The notes under the pieces: generated by a model
What the model saw: the letters and a program-made list of their open reading frames with translations, nothing else
Databases searched by the model: none
What the model was told of the DNA's origin: nothing
Made by a program: the position numbers and the translations under genes
Source: Vitrella brassicaformis CCMP3155
Taxonomy: Eukaryota > Protista > Chromerida
Direction: 5' to 3'
Assembly (NCBI GenBank): GCA_001179505.1
Contig: CDMY01000275.1
Coordinates: 1-63,932 of the forward strand
DNA: 63,932 nucleotides
Shown: positions 50,465 through 62,717 of the stretch, piece after piece
How positions within the stretch are numbered: the first letter of the stretch is position 1
Layout: each line of letters begins with the position of its first letter

Positions 50465-51057
50465 CTACCCTCCCCCCTCCTCCCTCCCATGTGCACTGGA
50501 GAACAAGTCCGGAAAAGCCCACACAGATGAACCACGGCCGCCCAGATCACCACCTGCCCCCCTCTGCTGCCGCACACCCGAAGGCGACAGTCGGCTACTC
50601 TCGTCCTTGCTGGCCAGAGGGGTGGTCTGTGCGTCGGTGCCTGTCAGAGGTCGCTTCCATATGTCGCTGAGAGGCACCGGGCGGTCCTCGGCCTTGTTAC
50701 AGACAGCCGACAGACCAGTACTGGCGTCCCATGCGCTGCCGAGGGAGGGCGAGGGAGAGGGTGAGGGGCTGGACGGCTCTTTGTGGTCGTGTGTGGGTGA
50801 GGAGGAGTGGAAGGGGAGGGCGGGAGAGATGTCCATGGCAGAGAACAGACGGGCCAGCTCCAGCTGCTCCTGGGAGCAGCAAATAGGAGGAAAGAGCGAA
50901 GAATGACCGTCGGTTGTGGGCCTTCTTGTGTGGCAATGCATTCGTGGGTGCGGCCGGGCTGGCTCACCTTGACGTGTTTCTGTGCGTTTTCCTGGTCGGA
51001 CTCCCTCTCGCGCCGACGGTTCTTCTTGCGCTTGGCGTGGGGGTGGTGACCTGACAA

Positions 51058-51092
<35 letters not shown>

Positions 51093-52792
51093 AGCGCCCA
51101 TGATAATCGAGGCCAAGCAACGGCTCCTCTGTGCGTGGGTTGGCTCACAGAAGAGGCATAGGAAGCCGTTCCTGCATCCCTTGGTGTGGACGAATGCGCA
51201 CGGCTTGCATATGCCCTCGTCATGCAGCGGGGCCATGGAGCCGACAGACAGCAGATTGCCGTTGTCGTCCCGCGGTATCCTGCTGATGAGCTTTGGGGTT
51301 ATCCGCAGGTTTGGGCTCAACGCCCCCGTCGACAGGGCCACAACAAGCTGAAATATGGGACAGACAGACAGCCAGCAGACGCAGCCAAGAATGCACCACC
51401 GACGAGACCCATTCGTGTGTGTATGTGAAGGAAAGGGGCCTACCTCTTGCACGACGTCGTCATCGTCTTCTCCCTCCGTGCCGTCCACACCAGACAACAA
51501 ACCTTCCTCACACCTCGGACCTTCACCCGGCAGACCATTATTCCCACTCAAGCCCCCAGCCCGCAGCCCAAACAGCCCCCCCATTGCAGGCGGCGAGAAC
51601 ACCTCCTCGTTGGACGAGGCTTCGCTCGCTATGGTCCGGCTAGACACAGCGGCCGACACGGCCACAGGGGTGGGCGACAGGGGAGAGGGGGAGGGGGAGG
51701 GGGCCGACTCGCGGTCGAGGGGCAGCTGGGGCGGCACCTGCTGGGTGTGGTCCAGAGAAACGCTCCTCCTCTGCATGAAGGGGGACGTCGAGGGGAACAG
51801 AGACCTCTCAACGAAGTAATGATAGTGCGGCGTGTCGTCAGTGGGGAAGGGCTGTTGTGCGATGGTGCGGCCTGCCGCCGCGCCCGCCTCATACGACGAC
51901 ATATTGACCAGAGGGGTCAGGCCGTCGGCAGCAGAGTGCACGGGGAACGACGATGCCGCTGCCGCTGCCGCTTTGCTCGCATAGCTGTCGAGGGTATATA
52001 AGTAGGCCGTGGGATGCTGCCGCAAGACCATCCTCGCTTTGGACGGACGGTCCTCTGGCGTGTAGGGCGGGGGAGGGGGTGGAGGAGGGNNNNNNNNNNN
52101 NNNNNNNNNNNNNNNNNNNNNNNNNNNNNNNNNNNNNNNNNNNNNNNNNNNNNNNNNNNNNNNNNNNNNNNNNNNNNNNNNNNNNNNNNNNNNNNNNNNN
52201 NNNNNNNNNNNNNNNNNNNNNNNNNNNNNNNNNNNNNNNNNNNNNNNNNNNNNNNNNNNNNNNNNNNNNNNNNNNNNNNNNNNNNNNNNNNNNNNNNNNN
52301 NNNNNNNNNNNNNNNNNNNNNNNNNNNNNNNNNNNNNNNNNNNNNNNNNNNNNNNNNNNNNNNNNNNNNNNNNNNNNNNNNNNNNNNNNGTGGAGGAGGG
52401 AGTGGGGGTGGAGGGGGCGGGGGAGGGGGAGGTGGGAAGAGGGATCCAGACACAGAGCCACTATCCACTGCATGCAGGTACCCGCGGCCGTTTCCCTGTC
52501 GACTCGTCTTGACCATCGATGGCTGACGACTTGGCGGTGGCGGCGGGTCACCAGCAGCATGCTGCCTGAGCGATGATATGGGAAGAGTCAGCCTGTCGCC
52601 GTTCTCCTGATCCCGCTGCTCCACGCTGCCTCTGAGGGACGGCGCAAAGACCGGCGGCGGACACAGAGTGCGCGACGATGCTGTTGATGGCACATGCAAA
52701 GCGGCCGAGTGATGAGAGATGGCGCTCACGACGGACGAGGCCTCCTGCCGCTCTGCTGCCGACACCTGCCGCCTCTGCTGGCCCCCTTCCAT
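50465..52792 (-). CDS. Low-complexity protein with C3H1-type zinc finger; spans a gap
   Basis: GSMAPLHDEGICKPCAFVHTKGCRNGFLCLFC|HH (C-x8-C-x5-C-x3-H-like) within S/P-rich sequence. Ends approximate. Confidence 0.7.
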
Positions 52793-52933
52793 CGCCGCGA
52801 GAGCAGGCGGAGGACGATATCAGAGAGGCCGAGCGATAAGAGCTTGAGAGAAGAAAGCCTTCGTTGGCGCCATTCTGTGCACGCCCACATACATCCCTTT
52901 TAGCGAGAAAAAGGCGCGGGCGAAATGCAAGCT

Positions 52934-53796
52934 GCCCTTTTCTGTTCTGCCTGGCCTTCCAGCCTGCCCTCCGCAAGCTACAAGAGCAGTTCCCCGACGC
53001 GCTCGTCGCTGGCTTCATGGATGACGGCCTGGGGGGCATGGACGAGTGGGTGGTGGCCCCCTTTCTGACGGCGGCCGCAGCGGAGTTTCTGGCGGTGGGC
53101 TTGGCGCTGCGCTTGGACAAATGTCGAGCGTGGTCCCCTCACTGGCGCACACCTGCCGACCTCCCCACAGCCATCACTCGCCGCGGCGTCCGCGCGTCCA
53201 CCGACGGCATCATCATCCTCTCTGCCCCGATTGGCACGCCTGCCTTCGAGGACCGCACTCTGCAGGCCATTGTGGCCGGCCATCAGCGTCTGCTCGACGC
53301 GCTCGTCGCCTGCAGGCGTGCAAATCGGGGCAGAGAGGATGATGATGCCGTCGGTGGACGCGCGGACGCCGCGGCGAGTGATGGCTATGGGGAGGTCGGC
53401 AGGTGTGCGCCAGTGAGGGGACCACGCTCGACATTTGTCCAAGCGCAGCGCCAAGCCCACCGCCAGAAACTCCGCCGCGGCCGCCGTCAGAAAGGGGGCC
53501 ACCACCCACTCGTCCATGCCCCCCAGGCCGTCATCCATGAAGCCAGCGACGAGCGCGTCGGGGAACTGCTCTTGTAGCTTCCGGAGGGCAGGCTGGAAGG
53601 CCAGGCAGAACAGAAAAGGGCCCGCCGCATCGCCTTGCTGCACGCCCTGCTGGCTGCTCTCTTTGAGAGTCTTGAAAGCTTGCAGGAGTAGATGCCTGCC
53701 GAACCCCTCTCTCGTACTGTTTTGCCGGCGCTCCCTGCAGATCTCCCCCCTTGAGAGGTGAAATCGGACGAGCAGAACCCACCGGCCTTCATCCAC
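52934..53796. mobile_element. Non-LTR retrotransposon reverse-transcriptase fragments arranged as an inverted fold-back
   Basis: GVQQGDAAGPFLFCLAFQPALRKLQEQFPDALVAGFMDDG...GLALRLDKC...IILSAPIGTPAF is encoded on both strands. Arms 52934-53243 and 53312-53621. Confidence 0.88.
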
Positions 53797-53811
53797 CGTG
53801 CAGCAAGGAGC

Positions 53812-54737
53812 ATGTTATTTGTCTGTCCGCTCTACCTCGCCCTCCTCCCCTCCCTCCTCCCACATCTCATCATCCTCATCGCCCTCCTCCCGCCCTCCTC
53901 CTCGGCCTTCGTCGTGCCGCTCGGCAGGGTCGCCGTCTCATCCTCCTCATCGCACAACCCGCGGCACACCGCACTAAGGGCTGAGAGTGAGCAGGCTGTG
54001 GACTTTGACGAGGCGGTGGAGCTGGTGAACGGGCAGGGCACACCGCTGCTGGTGGACTTCTTTGCCAGATGGTGGGCAACCGGGCTGGACACACGCACGC
54101 ATGTGTGTTGCGTGCTTGCATTGTGTTGTGGTGACACAATTGTGTGTCGGTTCGTTCGGTTGTGTGGGTCTGTCTGTGTGCAGGTGTGGGCCTTGTCAGG
54201 TGCGCACTCGCACAATCCGTGTGTGAGTCTCTTGCCGATCGACCGACTGCATTACTTCCTTATCGCATCGTGTGTCCGTCTGTCTGTCTGTCTGGCTGAT
54301 GTGTGCTCCCTCCCATCGATTCGATGAGTGAGTTCAGATGATGTCGCCAGTGCTGGAGAGCGTCGCGCGTGACCTCAAAGGCAAGCTGGTCGTGGCCAAG
54401 GTCGACACCGACCTCAACGCAGACATCGCAAATCGATACGGCATTCAGGCACGTGTCATGTCCACACCACGCACACTCAATCACAGGAATAAACGCGCCA
54501 CAGCCGCCATTGTGGTGTGTGTGTGTGTAGGGTCTTCCCACGTTGATTCTGTTCATGGAGAACAAGCCGGTTCACCGGATCGAGGGCTACATGGAGCCAC
54601 AGGACCTCATGCGCGAGCTCGAACCATTCCTCACATCCGATGAGGACGATAGTGAGGGCGGTGATGACGAAGGCAGCAGCACCCAGATGGTCGCAGAGGG
54701 GGGCGGGCAGCAACCTAAAGTCGAGAGGGAAGAGTAG
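53812..54737 (+). CDS. Plastid-targeted thioredoxin
   Basis: Signal peptide ...SSSA|FVVP; LLVDFFARW|CGPCQ|MMSP, VAKVDTD, YGIQ|GLPTLILF; acidic tail. GC-AG intron 54449-54530. Confidence 0.92.
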
Positions 54738-55134
54738 GGCTTGGCTTGGGAGAGAGAGGCGGTAGAGGGAGGGAGGGAGGGAGGAAGGCAGGGAGGCCAC
54801 GCACGACCCTGTTGTGTCGTGTGGTTGGTTTGATGGGATTGTTGGTTAGGTAGGTAGCTGAGTGTTTTTCTCGTGAGGTCTTCAAGTTGTCTTGTCGTCG
54901 TGCAGTACGTGTCGTGTCATCTTGTCTTGTTGCTTTGGATCGCATACATCCAGCTGGGAGAGTGACAGACAGAGACAGCTGGACCGATTCGTGCACTCGT
55001 CCGACATTGATGGGTCCGTGCCAGCCCAGCCAGTTGATTGTGTTCGTGTCAGTCAGTCAGTCGCCACTTGGCCAGGAACGGCGAGAATCCTAACGGCCAA
55101 GCTGGCAGTTGATTGTCGCGGCAAGAATGCGAGC

Positions 55135-57097
55135 ATGCCCGCCCAGTTCAGCAGCACACCTCTCGTCCCCAAGCACAGACGTCCCGCCCACCGGCTGCCC
55201 CGCCCCCCCTGTCTGCTCCACTGCTGGCTGACCCTCTTCTCCCTCTGCGTCGCCTCCCTCCTCGTCACCCTCATCCACCTCCAGTCACACGCAGCTATGA
55301 TGCACACACTCGACGCCGACGAGGCTGTCGTCGAGTGGCTGGCGCCCCGCACCAGCTCGACCAAGACCGTGGCGAGTGGCACCGCGTACGGCGAGTGGCG
55401 GGTGCCTTACAACACGACGGACCTGCCGGCGACGAATTTTGACGACTGGCTGACAAAGGACGACCTCATCAGGGTGCTTTATCAGACCCCCTACGCGCGG
55501 GAACAGGCTGCGCGTGCAGAGGGGGGAGATCGGGGTGGGAGTGGGGATCGGGGTTCGGATGATGGTCGTAATGATGTCAAGGACGACGGCGTCATTTTCT
55601 TTTCGTCGGCTTACAACGGTAGCGAGTCGACGCGGGAGGCATTGATGCGCTCGCGACAACAGAGTGGTCAGGGCAAGACGAAGAAGCGGACACAGAAGGC
55701 AAAGAAGAAGGAGATGCTCTTGATGGTACGTACGTCAAGCGAGAGGGAGGGGAGGAGACCATGACTGACGTCACGTCTGCACGTCTGCCTGCCTGTGTGT
55801 GTGTGTCTTGGTGGTGTGGTGTGCCTGGCAGGGTTATGAGTCGAGATGGACGCCACCGGTGGATGAGCGGATCGGGTGTGGGCAGTCGGGTCTCATCCCA
55901 AGGATACTGCACACCTCGTGGCCAGACAGGAACATCCCCCAGCGATTCAAAGTACGTACGCCAGACGAAATCAATGGGTGCACACACAGGAATGTTTCTG
56001 CAGGGCCCACCTGTCTGTCTGTCTGTCTGTCCTTGTTTATATATGCAGCCGTATCTTGATGCGTGCTATGCCCTTCACCCCTCACCCACTTTCCAGCAGC
56101 ACTTCTACACCCACTCGGGGATCAGACGACTGGTCAAACGACACTTCCCCCACCTGCTCGACGCCTTTGACGCGCTCGACGACGGGAGGAAAGACGACGT
56201 CGGCCGGGCGGTGGTGGTGTGGGTCCATGGCGGCGTCTATATGGATATGGGTCAGTCGGCTCACCTCACACAGAGGAGGGACAGACAGATGTGGTGCGTG
56301 TGGGGACTCATCTCATGCCATGTGTGCATTGCATTGATGGCGTGGTAGCATTCGATTGTGTGCGGTCGATCGAGGATCTCCTGGACCACGCCGAAGAAGG
56401 GGCAAGGGACATCGTCCTCGGCCAACATAACCCCGTCCAGGCGCACCTCGTCGAGCAAATGACGAATTTTCGTGGACCTCCCGTCCCCGTCTCCCATGCC
56501 TTGATCGCCGCCTCCCCCCGCCACCCCCTGCTGCTCACCTACATCAACGCCACCATGGACACACAGTCCGCCGCTAGGTCAGCCTCTCAGGCCATGACGA
56601 TGGCCGTGGAGCAGTCGATCCGCCGGGAGAGACAGGACACCGAGTGCAGTATGGACCCTGCTTTAGAGCGCCTGGGGTCGGTGCTGGTGGTGCCCTATAC
56701 ACACCTGCACCCAGAGGTGCCTTCGGCGAGCCACGTGTACTCGGGCAAGTGCAGAATGGGCGTCAACCAACCAGGGAGGGCGAGACGCACGCACAGATAC
56801 ACCTTTGACACCACCAGCAGCTGGGGCTGGAGCAACCGCAGTGAGGCTGGCGGCAGAATGGAGGTCTTGTCTTTTGTGTATGACGATCTCGCTGACAAGG
56901 AGTGGGCGGTGTCGGGTTGCGGGCTGCTGAGTGAGGCCATGCGCGACCCTCTGATGTTCTACTCTAACGAGACGTACGCCGTGCTGCACTATGACGCCAG
57001 GAATGAGAGCCATGGCGCTGGCAGAGATGAGAGCGAGGCAGCGGTTGATGTGGCGGACCTCACTGAGGGCAGCGCGGAGCTGCTCGTAATGTCTTGA
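55135..57097 (+). CDS. Type II membrane glycosyltransferase, GT32/DXD sugar-binding family (OCH1/SUR1-like)
   Basis: N-terminal TM (WLTLFSLCVASLLVTLIHL); IP..F, FYTHSGIRRLVKRHFP, RKDDVGRAVVVWVHGGVYMDMD, LIAASPRHPLL. Confidence 0.8.
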
Positions 57098-57632
57098 TGT
57101 AGGGAGACAGACAGACAGACAGACGAGTGGGTGGGTGAGAGGGGACGGAGTGTGTGTAGACAGACATGTGTAGCTAGATCACTCCACTGTGTGCATGTCT
57201 ATCCGTGCCGTGCGTGTGTGTGATGGCACAAACTAGATAGGAGGCAGGTACAATGAATAGCTCAGGCTATGTATGCTATCAGATCAGGCACACAAAAGTT
57301 TGTGTTTGTGCCGGCGTGTTGTATATCGATTGTTTTGATCTATTACAGGGTGCGGGCGGCCAAAGGGGGGGACGGGCATGGCCTATACTCTGCTTAGAGT
57401 CTGTATACTATAAGGTCGTCCATAGGCAGCGCAGCCCTGAGTTAGGTTTGGACACAGAACAGACGGATGTCTTGGGTCTGAGTGATTGCCATTTGATTGC
57501 CATTTGACCTGACCCCTCGGAAAAGTCGCCATGCCATGCGGAGAGCATGCTATCCGAAGGACCCACGAGACATACACACGGGACCATGCACACGAATTGC
57601 AATGCATTCAGAGAAGCCCATCCATCCATGCA

Positions 57633-59191
57633 TCAGAACCGCCATCTTTTCTGCTCCCTTGCCCTCCAGTCAGCCTGCCACTCACGAGGCAGCCGCCTCG
57701 CAATCGTCACCGGCAAGTAGAACAGCAACCCGGTCCTCCCCATCCCATTCTTCCTCCTAGCCCTCGCGAAGCCATCCCTGTCCACAAACTGGTGCGGCAA
57801 TGGACACCCCTCCTCCCCGTCCCCCGCCCCCCCTCCCTTTCCCTCTTGCTGCTCTTTTTGAGTCCGCTGCCAGATGGAGGGCAAGAATGTCCGCACTGGG
57901 AAGTGGAGCGATGAGGCCGTGACGACCGACGAGGCGACGCTTCTCCTCGGAGATGAGTCGCCACCCCGCCGTGTGTGTGTCTCTGCTGGGTGAGGCGGAA
58001 TGGCGGGGTGCTCGTGGTCGTGGTTGTGGTCGTCCATCCATGTGTCCGTCTGCACATCGACCGTCCTGAACGTCGTGGGGCTTTTGGGGCTCTTAGGGCT
58101 CTTCCGGGCGGACGAGAGGCAGGGAGACACCCTCATTCTCGCAGCGGACACCGGCTGCGGCATCCTCACCAACGGCACCACTTGACGCGTCTGAGCACAC
58201 CCACCACACCCAGGCAGAGAAGATAATAAGAGCTGCAAGTACGAGCAACAGTAAGTGTCTCCGCCCTTCCCCCGTCAGTCTCACCTTGCCCCTCGGCGAG
58301 ACGAGCTCCCGGAACGTCTTGGCCTCACCCTCCCCGCCCTTCATCTGCCCCAAGTACCGCGAATACGACACTCTCCCACCACCGCTCTCCTCCCTGCTGC
58401 CCGGCCGCTGGGGCGCCAACGCCAGCGGCACGGGAGAAGGGGAGGAGGGCGAGGGCGCCGTCGGGGTGCAGACATCGGCAGTGACAGCAGCAGCGGTGGG
58501 AGCGGCCGTGGCAATGTCTTCCCTTGTGAGGGTGTGGCGGGGGGATGCTGGTGGAGAGTGGGCGGGAGATGAGGGCGGCGAGGTGGATGGAGGGGCTGGG
58601 GCGGCGGCGGTCGTGACATTGCGGTTGCGGGGGATGAGGCGATGTAGGGCTGATCAACGAAGGCAGAAGGAAGGGAAAACAGTTGGGGAACTTAGATGAA
58701 TGACTGCCTTGCCTTGCCTTACCTGTGTCCAGATGCACCTTGAGCACCGTCACAGCCGGCGTCTCCGGCTCGTTTTTCGACCTATCAGCCTCCACGCCAA
58801 CGCGTCCATGCCTCACGACCGCAGTCACACCTTTCTTCTGCTGCAGAGAAGCGACTCCGCCCTTGTCCTTTCTTCCCCTGCTCTCCCCCTCGCGAGAGTC
58901 CTTCTGTGGCTCCAGGGCTCTCGTTCGTAGGTGTCGCCTTCTCACGTCGCTTGTCAGGCCGTTGAAGCGTCCGTTGCCCTGGTCAGCACTCGTGGGGGAT
59001 TGCGGCTTGAATGGTCGCTTCAGGCGCCCGGGCGCCCGAGGACGCTTCGCTGCTGGGCGGGGAAGGTGAAGCGAGCCCTCCCTCTCCGGCACGACGCCTG
59101 AAGGGGAAGAGAGCAGTTCATGCGACAAGATGAGTGGATGGGGCTTACCGAAAAGGCGCTGTTCTCGCATGGCGCCAGGGATCTTATCCAT
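57633..59191 (-). CDS. Hypothetical low-complexity protein; structure uncertain
   Basis: ORF MDKIPGAM... (58325-59191) with GT/AG-bounded continuations; no recognisable domain. Confidence 0.35.
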
Positions 59192-59417
59192 CTCAATGGT
59201 CAGCAGTGCAACAAACAGGGCTGATCATTCCCCCTCAACCCACTTCGTCATTGCGAGCTTAGCTCTGCGAATCGGCGATCGTGCCTTCCAGGCACTTTGT
59301 GCCGCCAACGAGGAATACCTGCCAGTGGACGTTCTTTCCTGTTGCATTCATGATCCTGGGCTGTTCAGCAACACACAACAATCGACAGGTCTGGCCAGGA
59401 ATCCCATTCGTGGATGT

Positions 59418-59480
59418 ATCAGGGAGCACTCAGCATGCATCAGGGAGCACTCAGCAGTCATCAGGGAGCACTCGGCAGGC
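59418..59480. repeat. 3 x 21-bp tandem repeat
   Basis: atcagggagcactcagcatgc / atcagggagcactcagcagtc / atcagggagcactcggcaggc. Confidence 0.9.
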
Positions 59481-60324
59481 GTCAGAGACTCGGTTTTCAT
59501 TGCAACGTCCCGGTTTTCTGCCCTGAGGACCGGTTTTCTGATGCCTGTGGCTGGTGGGAGCAGCTGGTTTTCTGTACGGGGCGCTCGTGGAGATGGAAAA
59601 CCAGTTTTGCGCTTGTTTCCCGCTGGTGGTGACTGTCTGGCCAGCTTAATGAGTGGAGGGCCAGCCTGCCGGCCGAAGCACCAGTTTTTTTGCCGCACCT
59701 CGTCGGGTAGTGTGGCAGCTGCAGCTGCGGTCAAGGAGGCTTTTGGCTTTGGGGGACGGCTGAAGAGCCAAGGGGACAAGGACACCGAACCAGTGAGGTT
59801 TCTCATCAGATACCAATGAATGACTGACAGATTCATAGGCCGTGTAGGCGAGCCGAAAGTGTGTTCACTCACTGCTTCTGTCGGAAACTCCGCAACCCTC
59901 ATGAGAAACACATACACACACACACACGCGCACACACGCGGCTGCACTCACTGCACTGTGCTGTGATAAAAAACTGACCAGACGGCGCAAAAAGTGGCCG
60001 GTCGCCTTAAACCCTCAGGACATATAGCCTACAACCACATCAGACGGCAGGCAGACGAACAGAGCATCTGATCTGTAGGGCCTAACTAATAAAGCGTAAA
60101 TAAAGCACAAAGGGCAGACAGGCAGACAGGCAGGCAAAGATCACTAAGTTCGACACACGTCACAGCACCGCACCACATGTGCCTCTCCTCTCTATGATAC
60201 ACCCTGCTCCGTTGATCGATCGCACAACGCACCGACTAACAAATGACACAATCACTGCTCCATTGAATGCACACACACCCACACACACACCCACACGCAT
60301 ACCCCCGTCTGTCTGCCCGCCCTC

Positions 60325-60933
60325 TCAAGCCACAAGTCGCTTTCTCAGCTGCTTCATCTTGGCATCGACTTCCTCCACCCGGGCCACCTTCTGTGTCATT
60401 GTCGTGTTGCTATCGCTGAGGATGGCCTCCCTCGTGTGCTGCCAGGCACTCTTGTCCAGCTCAGCCATCAGCCGCACCGCATCACTCAGCCGATCCAGCT
60501 CAGCCTTGTCCGTCACATCATGGGCTTTGATGGCCTCGATACCCGCGTTGAGCGCATCAGTCGCCTTCTGGTTGTCCGCTCGCAGCGCATCGGTGGCCGC
60601 CTTAATCTCCGCTTGCACAGTCTCATTACTCGGCAGCGTAGCAACGTTGGCAGCCAGGTTGTTGTTGTCGCCTCTGATGGCGTCGATGTCCGTCTTCAGC
60701 GCATAGACGCCGCGGTCGGCTCTGAGTGCGACGCTGTCGGCTTTGATGGCCTCAATGTCCTTCTGCAGGGCGGTGATATCCGACTTGAACTGCCAGGTGA
60801 GGTACAGAATGAGGGCGAAGACGGCGACTACTGCGACGGAGCCGCAGCAATTGATGGGAAGAAGCTGGTCGCTGACGTGCTTGTTGACGCGCTTCTCCAG
60901 TGCTTTCAGCTGCTCCCCGGCATCGGCGGCATC
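60325..60933 (-). CDS. TM + coiled-coil protein, copy 1 (5' end lost in gap)
   Basis: DAGEQLKALEKRV...SVAVVAVFALILYLTWQF (TM)...DITALQKDIEAIKAD...KQLRKRLVA*; matches 62718-63328. Confidence 0.7.
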   Translation of the reverse strand, partial: DAADAGEQLKALEKRVNKHVSDQLLPINCCGSVAVVAVFALILYLTWQFKSDITALQKDIEAIKADSVALRADRGVYALKTDIDAIRGDNNNLAANVATLPSNETVQAEIKAATDALRADNQKATDALNAGIEAIKAHDVTDKAELDRLSDAVRLMAELDKSAWQHTREAILSDSNTTMTQKVARVEEVDAKMKQLRKRLVA

Positions 60934-61233
60934 NNNNNNNNNNNNNNNNNNNNNNNNNNNNNNNNNNNNNNNNNNNNNNNNNNNNNNNNNNNNNNNNNNN
61001 NNNNNNNNNNNNNNNNNNNNNNNNNNNNNNNNNNNNNNNNNNNNNNNNNNNNNNNNNNNNNNNNNNNNNNNNNNNNNNNNNNNNNNNNNNNNNNNNNNNN
61101 NNNNNNNNNNNNNNNNNNNNNNNNNNNNNNNNNNNNNNNNNNNNNNNNNNNNNNNNNNNNNNNNNNNNNNNNNNNNNNNNNNNNNNNNNNNNNNNNNNNN
61201 NNNNNNNNNNNNNNNNNNNNNNNNNNNNNNNNN

Positions 61234-62033
61234 CACACAGGCTGGGGCCAGTCCTTTTCGTCCATTCTGTCGGCCATTCAGCGGGGCGTCAAGCGGGCCT
61301 GCGAGAGGTGTGAGAATGGCATCCACGTCGGCCTCATCTGCATCGCTGTGGGCGCGTCGGGCCACCAGGAGTTCGACCGCACGGCGACCTTCGCCCTCGA
61401 GCATCGCGACGCCCTCGTTGGGTTCGACATTGCCGGCTCCGAGCTGCACCCTGAGCAATACGCCCCTTGGATGGACAAGATTCACGAGGCCGGGATGCCC
61501 ATCACCATACACGCCGCCGAGGTACAGTACACACCCTCACACCACACACGACAGCCCGAACGGTGCTGTCTGTGTTGGTGTGTCAGGATCGTGTGAGTGG
61601 CCTTCCCGAGAACGCGGCCATAGCCGTCGACCGCCTGCATGCCCGCCGTATCGGCCACGGCATTCAGACGATCAAGGACCGGGCCCTCTGGCGGCGCCTC
61701 ATCGACCAGCAGGTGACCTTCGAGCTGTGCCCCACGTCCAACTATCTCACCAACGCGGTCGACAGCCTCGAGGCGCATCCCATTGGCGAGTTCCTGAGCG
61801 GGGGTGCGCGCGTCTGTCTGAGCAGCGACGACCCAGGCATCATGGCATGCGATCTGCCGAGGGAATACGAGGTGTGTCACGAGGTGCTGGGCCTGACGGA
61901 GGATGACTTCCGCCGGATGAACGTGACGGCACTCGAGGCGTCTTTTTGCGACGATGGTGTCAAGGCGAGTGTGCGCGCCAAGTGGGCCAATTGGTTTGCA
62001 GACAGCAAGCCCGACTGCGTCAAGGGGGGGTGA
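61234..62033 (+). CDS. ADA: Adenosine deaminase (C-terminal part; 5' end lost in gap)
   Basis: LVGFDIAGSE, ITIHAAE, RRIGHG, FELCPTSN, HPI, LSSDDP, ALEASF. Confidence 0.93.
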
Positions 62034-62717
62034 GATAGATGAGTGAGTGTATATGATGTGAGGGCTCCATCTTGTGTTTATTCGCAGCGGCTGGTTAATA
62101 TGTGAGGGCTGGGCGGGGGATGATGTGTGTTGATGTTGACGACCGACGCGACCATGGATCAGACAAGGATGAGTAGGACCTCTGTGTGTGTGTGTGAGGG
62201 TGGGTAAACGGTAGGCGGGACTCTCAAGCCAGATTTGCCACAAGCTCGCTGAAGAATTCTGTTCACTCACTGCGCTGGACATTCCGGAATCCCTCATGTA
62301 GACAGCACACCCACATACACACACACGTGGCTGCCCTCACTGCACTGTGGTAATATATAAGAAACTGACCAGACGGCGCAAAGTGGCCTGCCGGTCGCCT
62401 TAAGCCCTCAGGACATACAGCCTACACGCACATCACACAGCAGGCAGACGAGTAGAGCATCGATCTGTAGGGCCTAACTAATAAAGCGTAAATAAAGCAC
62501 AAACAGGCAGACAGGCAGGCAGGCAAAGATCACTAAGTTCGACACGTCACAGCACGGCACCAGATGTGCATATCCTCTCTCTGATACACTCTGCTCCCTT
62601 GATCGATCGCACAACGCACCGACTAACAAATGACGCAATCACTGCTTCACTGAATGAATGCACACATAACACGCACACACACACACACGCCATACCACCG
62701 TCTGTCTGCCCGCCCCC

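Noticed and set aside
59418-59480. Possible CRISPR-like array
   Set aside because: Direct tandem 21-mers with no unique spacers; eukaryotic context; no cas genes.
60436-61906. Long ORFs spanning N gaps (also near 31 kb, 48 kb and 52 kb)
   Set aside because: Artefacts of translating through Ns; the flanks belong to different genes or to introns.
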